From an uncultured beta proteobacterium (GTDB lineage Bacteria; Pseudomonadota; Gammaproteobacteria; Burkholderiales; Burkholderiaceae_C), in NCBI GenBank assembly GCA_963738605.1, contig CAVTXG010000014.1:39732-103731 (forward strand): 64,000 nucleotides of DNA, read 5' to 3'. The translations under genes were made by a program, and so were the position numbers. The notes beneath the pieces were generated by a model, which saw only the letters and a list, made by a program, of their open reading frames with translations, ran no database searches and was not told the DNA's origin. Numbering within the stretch: the first letter of the stretch is position 1; the number at the start of each line of letters is the position of its first letter. Shown in pieces: positions 60,471 to 64,000 of this stretch.

Positions 60471-61385
60471 TCATCGCAGCCTCGGGTTGAGCGCGTCGCG
60501 CAGCCAGTCGCCGAGCAGGTTCACCGACAGCGCGATCAGCACCAGCATCAGCGCCGGGAAAGATCGTGATCCACCACTCGCCGGAGAACAGGAAGTCGTT
60601 GCCGATGCGGATCAGCGTGCCCAGCGACGGCTGGGTCGGCGGCACGCCCACGCCGAGGAACGACAGCGTGGCCTCGGTGATGATGGCGGTGGCGACCTGG
60701 ATCGTGGCCAGCACCAGCACCGGGCCCATCACGTTGGGCAGCACGTGCCTGCACATGATGCGCAGCGGCGCCACGCCGATGACGCGCGCCGCCTGCACGT
60801 ATTCCTTGTTGCGCTCGACCAGCGTCGAGCCGCGCACCGTGCGCGCGTACTGCACCCAGCCCGGCAAGCGCGATCGCGAGGATCAGCACCGCGAAGGCCA
60901 GCGTGTCGTGCGCGTTGGGAAACAGCGCACGGCCGACGCCGTCGATCAGCAGCGCGATCAGGATCGACGGGAACGACAGCATCACGTCGCACACGCGCAT
61001 GATGAAGGCGTCGATCTTGCCGCCGACGAAGCCCGACAGCAGGCCGAGCGCCGACGCCGACCACCACCGACAGCACCACCGACGCCAAGCCCACCAGCAG
61101 CGAGATGCGCGCGCCGTACATGATGGCCGAGAGGATGTCGCGGCCCTGGTCGTCGGTGCCCAGCAGGTACTTGCGCGCGCCGCCCTCGTTCCCACGCCGG
61201 CGGCAGGCGCGCGTCGCGACAGTTCGAGCGTGGCCAGGTCGAACGGGTTGTGCGGCGCCACCCAAGGCGCGAACAGCGAACAGAACACGCAGACCGCGCG
61301 CGACCACCGCGGCGCCGATCGCCACCGGCGAGTTGCGGAAGCTGTGCCAGACGTCGCCGTCGAAGAAGCGTGCAGCGCGTCACAT
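60471..61385 (-). pseudogene. peptide ABC transporter permease, DppC/OppC-type, frameshifted
   Basis: Pieces: [22 protein letters not shown] (OppC_N-like), [81 protein letters not shown]...LSFLGVGVPP. The end ...LGDWLRDALNPRLR* gives a stop at 60471. ATG 61385 is followed at once by an off-frame TGA. Confidence 0.8.
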
Positions 61386-61474
61386 GCGCCGTTCGACGAG
61401 TACGTCGCCACCCCATGTGCGGGCGCGGCCGGCTTCGGAGCGGCCCGGCGCTCGTCCCGGCACTCGTCAGGCGC
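61386..61474. repeat. REP-like intergenic repeat, copy E
   Basis: Fills the gap between the binding-protein stop and the DppC-type permease start. It shares CGACGAGTACG.CGCC and GCGGCCCGGCGC segments with copies C and D. Confidence 0.5.
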
Positions 61475-63054
61475 TCACTTGACGCTGATGTACTTGAACG
61501 GCATGAAGTTGTCGGCCAGCTGCACCAGCGTCACGTTCTTCTTCATCGCCCAGGCCAGCGCCTGCTGGTGCAGCGGGATGTGGCCGACGTCGTCCTGGTG
61601 GATCTTGAAGGCCTCGCGTGATCATGGCTTGCGCTTGGCCTGGTCGGTTTCGCTACTGGATCTTGCGCGGTCAGCTCATCGAGCTTGGCATTGCTGTAGC
61701 TGCCGAGGTTGAACTGGCCCTGGCCCTTGTCGTTCGGCGTGGCCATCAGCGCGGTCAGCGCGTTGTGCGAGTCGTAGGTGCCGGGCGTCCAGCCGAGCAG
61801 GTAGAAGCTGGTGTCGCGACGCAGGATCTTCGGGAAGTAGGTCGCCTTGGTCTCGGCCTGCAGGTTGACCTTGACGCCGATGCGCGCCAGGTTGGCCGCC
61901 ACCGCCTGGCAGATCTCGCCGTCGTTGACGTAGCGGTCGTTCGGGCAGTTCATGCCGACTTCGAATCCGTTCGGGTAGCCGGCGTCGGCCAGCAGCTTCT
62001 TGGCCGCCTCCGCATCGTACGGCAGGCGCTTGTTCATGTCGGCGATGAAGCCCTTGATGCCGGGCGCGATCATCAGCGCCGGTGGGCGTGGCGGCATTGC
62101 GCATCACGCGCGTCTTGATCGCCTCGATGTCGATGGCCTGGTAGAAGGCCTGGCGCACGCGCTTGTCCTTGAACGGGTTCTTGCCCTTGACGCTGGAGAA
62201 CAGCAGCTCGTCGCGCTTCTGGTCCATGCCCAGGAAGATGGTGCGCAGCTCCGGCCCCTGCATGACGTTGATGTTGGCGTTGGCCTTGAGGCGCTCCACG
62301 TCCTGCAGCGGCACCGGCTCCATCATGTCGATCTCGCCGGAGAGCAGCGCGGCCACGCGCGTGGCGTCGTTGCCGATCGGCGTGAAGATCACTTCATCGA
62401 CGTTGCCTTCGACCTTGCCCCAGTAGGTGCCGTTGCGCACGAAGGTGCTGCGCGTCGTCGGCTGGCGCTCCTTCAGTCGGTACGGCCCGGTGCCGTTGGC
62501 GCGGAAGGACGCGGTGTTCTCGATGCCCTTGCTGCTTGTCCACCGGCTTTTCGGCCTTGTTGTCCTCGCACCATTTCTTGCTCATGACATACACGAGCGA
62601 GATCACGTCGGGCAGGATCGGGAACGGCGCCGTGGTCTCGATCTCGACCGTGTGGTCGTCGACCTTGCGCACCTGCTTGATCGACGAGGTGTAGCCCTTC
62701 ATGTCGGAGCCGTCGCCGGCGGCGCGCGCGAAGGAGAACACCACGTCGTCGGCGGTGAACGGCGTGCCGTCGTGGAATTTGACGTTGCGCCGCAGCTCGA
62801 AACGCCACACCGTCGGCGAGGTCTGTGCCCATTTGGTGGCCAGCGCCGGCTCGAGCGCGAGCTTCTTGTCGCGACCGACCAGCGGCTCGTAGATGTTGCC
62901 GGTGATCGCTCAGCTGCAGCGACTCGTTGAGCGAGTGCGGGTCCATCGAAGTCGCATCGCCCTGGTTGGCGACGCGCAGCGTGGCGGCGTTCGACAGGCC
63001 GAAGGCCAGCGCGAGAGCGCCAGCGATGAGGGTGGTGTGCAATCGTCGGGTCAT
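61475..63054 (-). pseudogene. family-5 (DppA/OppA-type) peptide substrate-binding protein, frameshifted
   Basis: Start MTRRLHTTLIAGALALAFGLSNAATLRVANQGDATSMDPHSLNESLQLS at 63054 with an AAGGAGA RBS. Further pieces are in ORFs 62394..62810 (WRFELRRNVKFHDGTPFTADDVVFSF), 61676..62440 and 61543..62097 (FYLLGWTPGTYDSHNAL). The stop is at 61475. I estimate about 7 frame switches. Confidence 0.8.
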
Positions 63055-63074
63055 GGTGGTTCTCCTTCGCGAGT

Positions 63075-64000
63075 TCAGGCGGCCGGCGCGGCCACCGGCA
63101 GCGAGCGCTCGACGAGTCCGGCGAACAGCGCCGCACCCAGCGGCAGCACCTCGTCGTTGAAGTCGTAGCGCGGGTTGTGCAGGAAGGCGCCGCCGCCCTG
63201 CCCCAGCCGCAGGTAGGCGCCGGGCTTGACCTGCAGCATGAAAGAGAAATCCTCGGCGCCCATGCGACGGCGCCATCTCGCGCGTGATGCGGTCTTCGCC
63301 CACCAGCGCGGCGGCCACGTCGGCGGCGAACTCGGCGTGCGCGCCGCTGTTGATGGTGGCCGGGTAGGTGCGCGTGTAGTGCAGCGATGCGGTGGCGCCG
63401 AAGGCCACGGCGACGGAATCGACCAGGCGCGCCAGGCGCTCCTCGACCATGTCCTGCACCTCGGGGCGGAAGGTGCGCACCGTGCCGATCAGCCGGGCCT
63501 CGCGCGGGATCACCGAGAACGCGCCGGGGTCGCCGGCCTGCATCGAGCACAGGCTGATCACCGCGCTGTCGATCGGGCTGACGTTGCGCGAGACGATGCT
63601 CTGCGCCGCGGTGATGATGTGCCCGGCCACCAGCACCGGATCGACCGCGAGGTAGGGATGCGCGCCGTGCCCGCCCTTGCCGTGCACGACGATCTCGATG
63701 CGGTCGGCCGCGGCCATCATCGGCCCCGGGTTGACGCCCACATGCCCCGCCGGCAGCGCCGGCCAGTTGTGCATCGCATAGACCGACTCGACCGGGAAGC
63801 GCTCGAACAGGCCGTCGTCGATCATCGCCTTGGCGCCGGCAAAGCCTTCTTCGCCCGGCTGGAAGATCAGCACCGCGCTGCCGCCGAAGCGCCGCGTCTC
63901 GGCGAGGTAGCGCGCGGCTCCCACCAGCATCGTCGTGTGGCCGTCGTGGCCGCAGGCGTGCATGCGGCCGCGCGCGCACGAGCGCCAGGCGAAGTCGTTG
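63075..64000 (-). pseudogene. M20-family amidohydrolase, second paralog (N-terminus beyond window end), one frameshift
   Basis: ORF 62473..63963 carries HACGHDGH...up to ITREMAPS. The continuation [21 protein letters not shown]...[13 protein letters not shown] is ORF 63075..63263. The switch is at about 63264-63266. It parallels the gene at 15959..17158. Confidence 0.8.

Overview
This is a high-GC chromosomal segment. Gene content and order look like a Burkholderiales-type betaproteobacterium. The taxon call rests on remembered synteny, not a search. I support about 60 protein genes. All are housekeeping, transport or type IV pilus functions. Reading along the window: an ABC-2 exporter/patatin/ClpP-like operon; an EamA transporter and M61 peptidase; TetR-hypothetical-ACBP; hicBA; a PHA-system protein, an aminopeptidase and a molybdopterin oxidoreductase; three tandem orphan substrate-binding proteins; an M20 hydrolase; LysR with a Bug/TctC binding protein; pgi-tal divergent from zwf-hexR; mlaFEDACB; a minor-pilin operon (pilE-fimT-pilV-pilW-pilX-pilY1 plus a TonB-C ORF); gltBD; a RayT-like protein; dgt-aroB-aroK; pilMNOPQ; mrcA, cyaY and lysA; and a peptide ABC importer with a second M20 hydrolase. 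I found no rRNA, tRNA, CRISPR array or intact IS element. I did not find a convincing new multi-gene system. Four observations stand out. (1) Two sharply bounded blocks, about 30.1-38.7 kb and 55.6-64 kb, have nearly every gene broken by many 1-2 nt frameshifts. The other ~48 kb carries only five isolated frameshifts. (2) The broken pilus operon sits exactly between gltD and mlaF, which I recall as neighbours in related genomes. (3) A modular family of GC-rich hairpin (REP-like) repeats occupies five intergenic gaps, shows compensatory stem changes, and co-occurs with a RayT-like gene. (4) The peptide ABC operon lacks its DppB-type permease, and a REP-like copy lies at that junction. All frameshift counts are manual estimates from reading alternating frames. 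No database search was possible.
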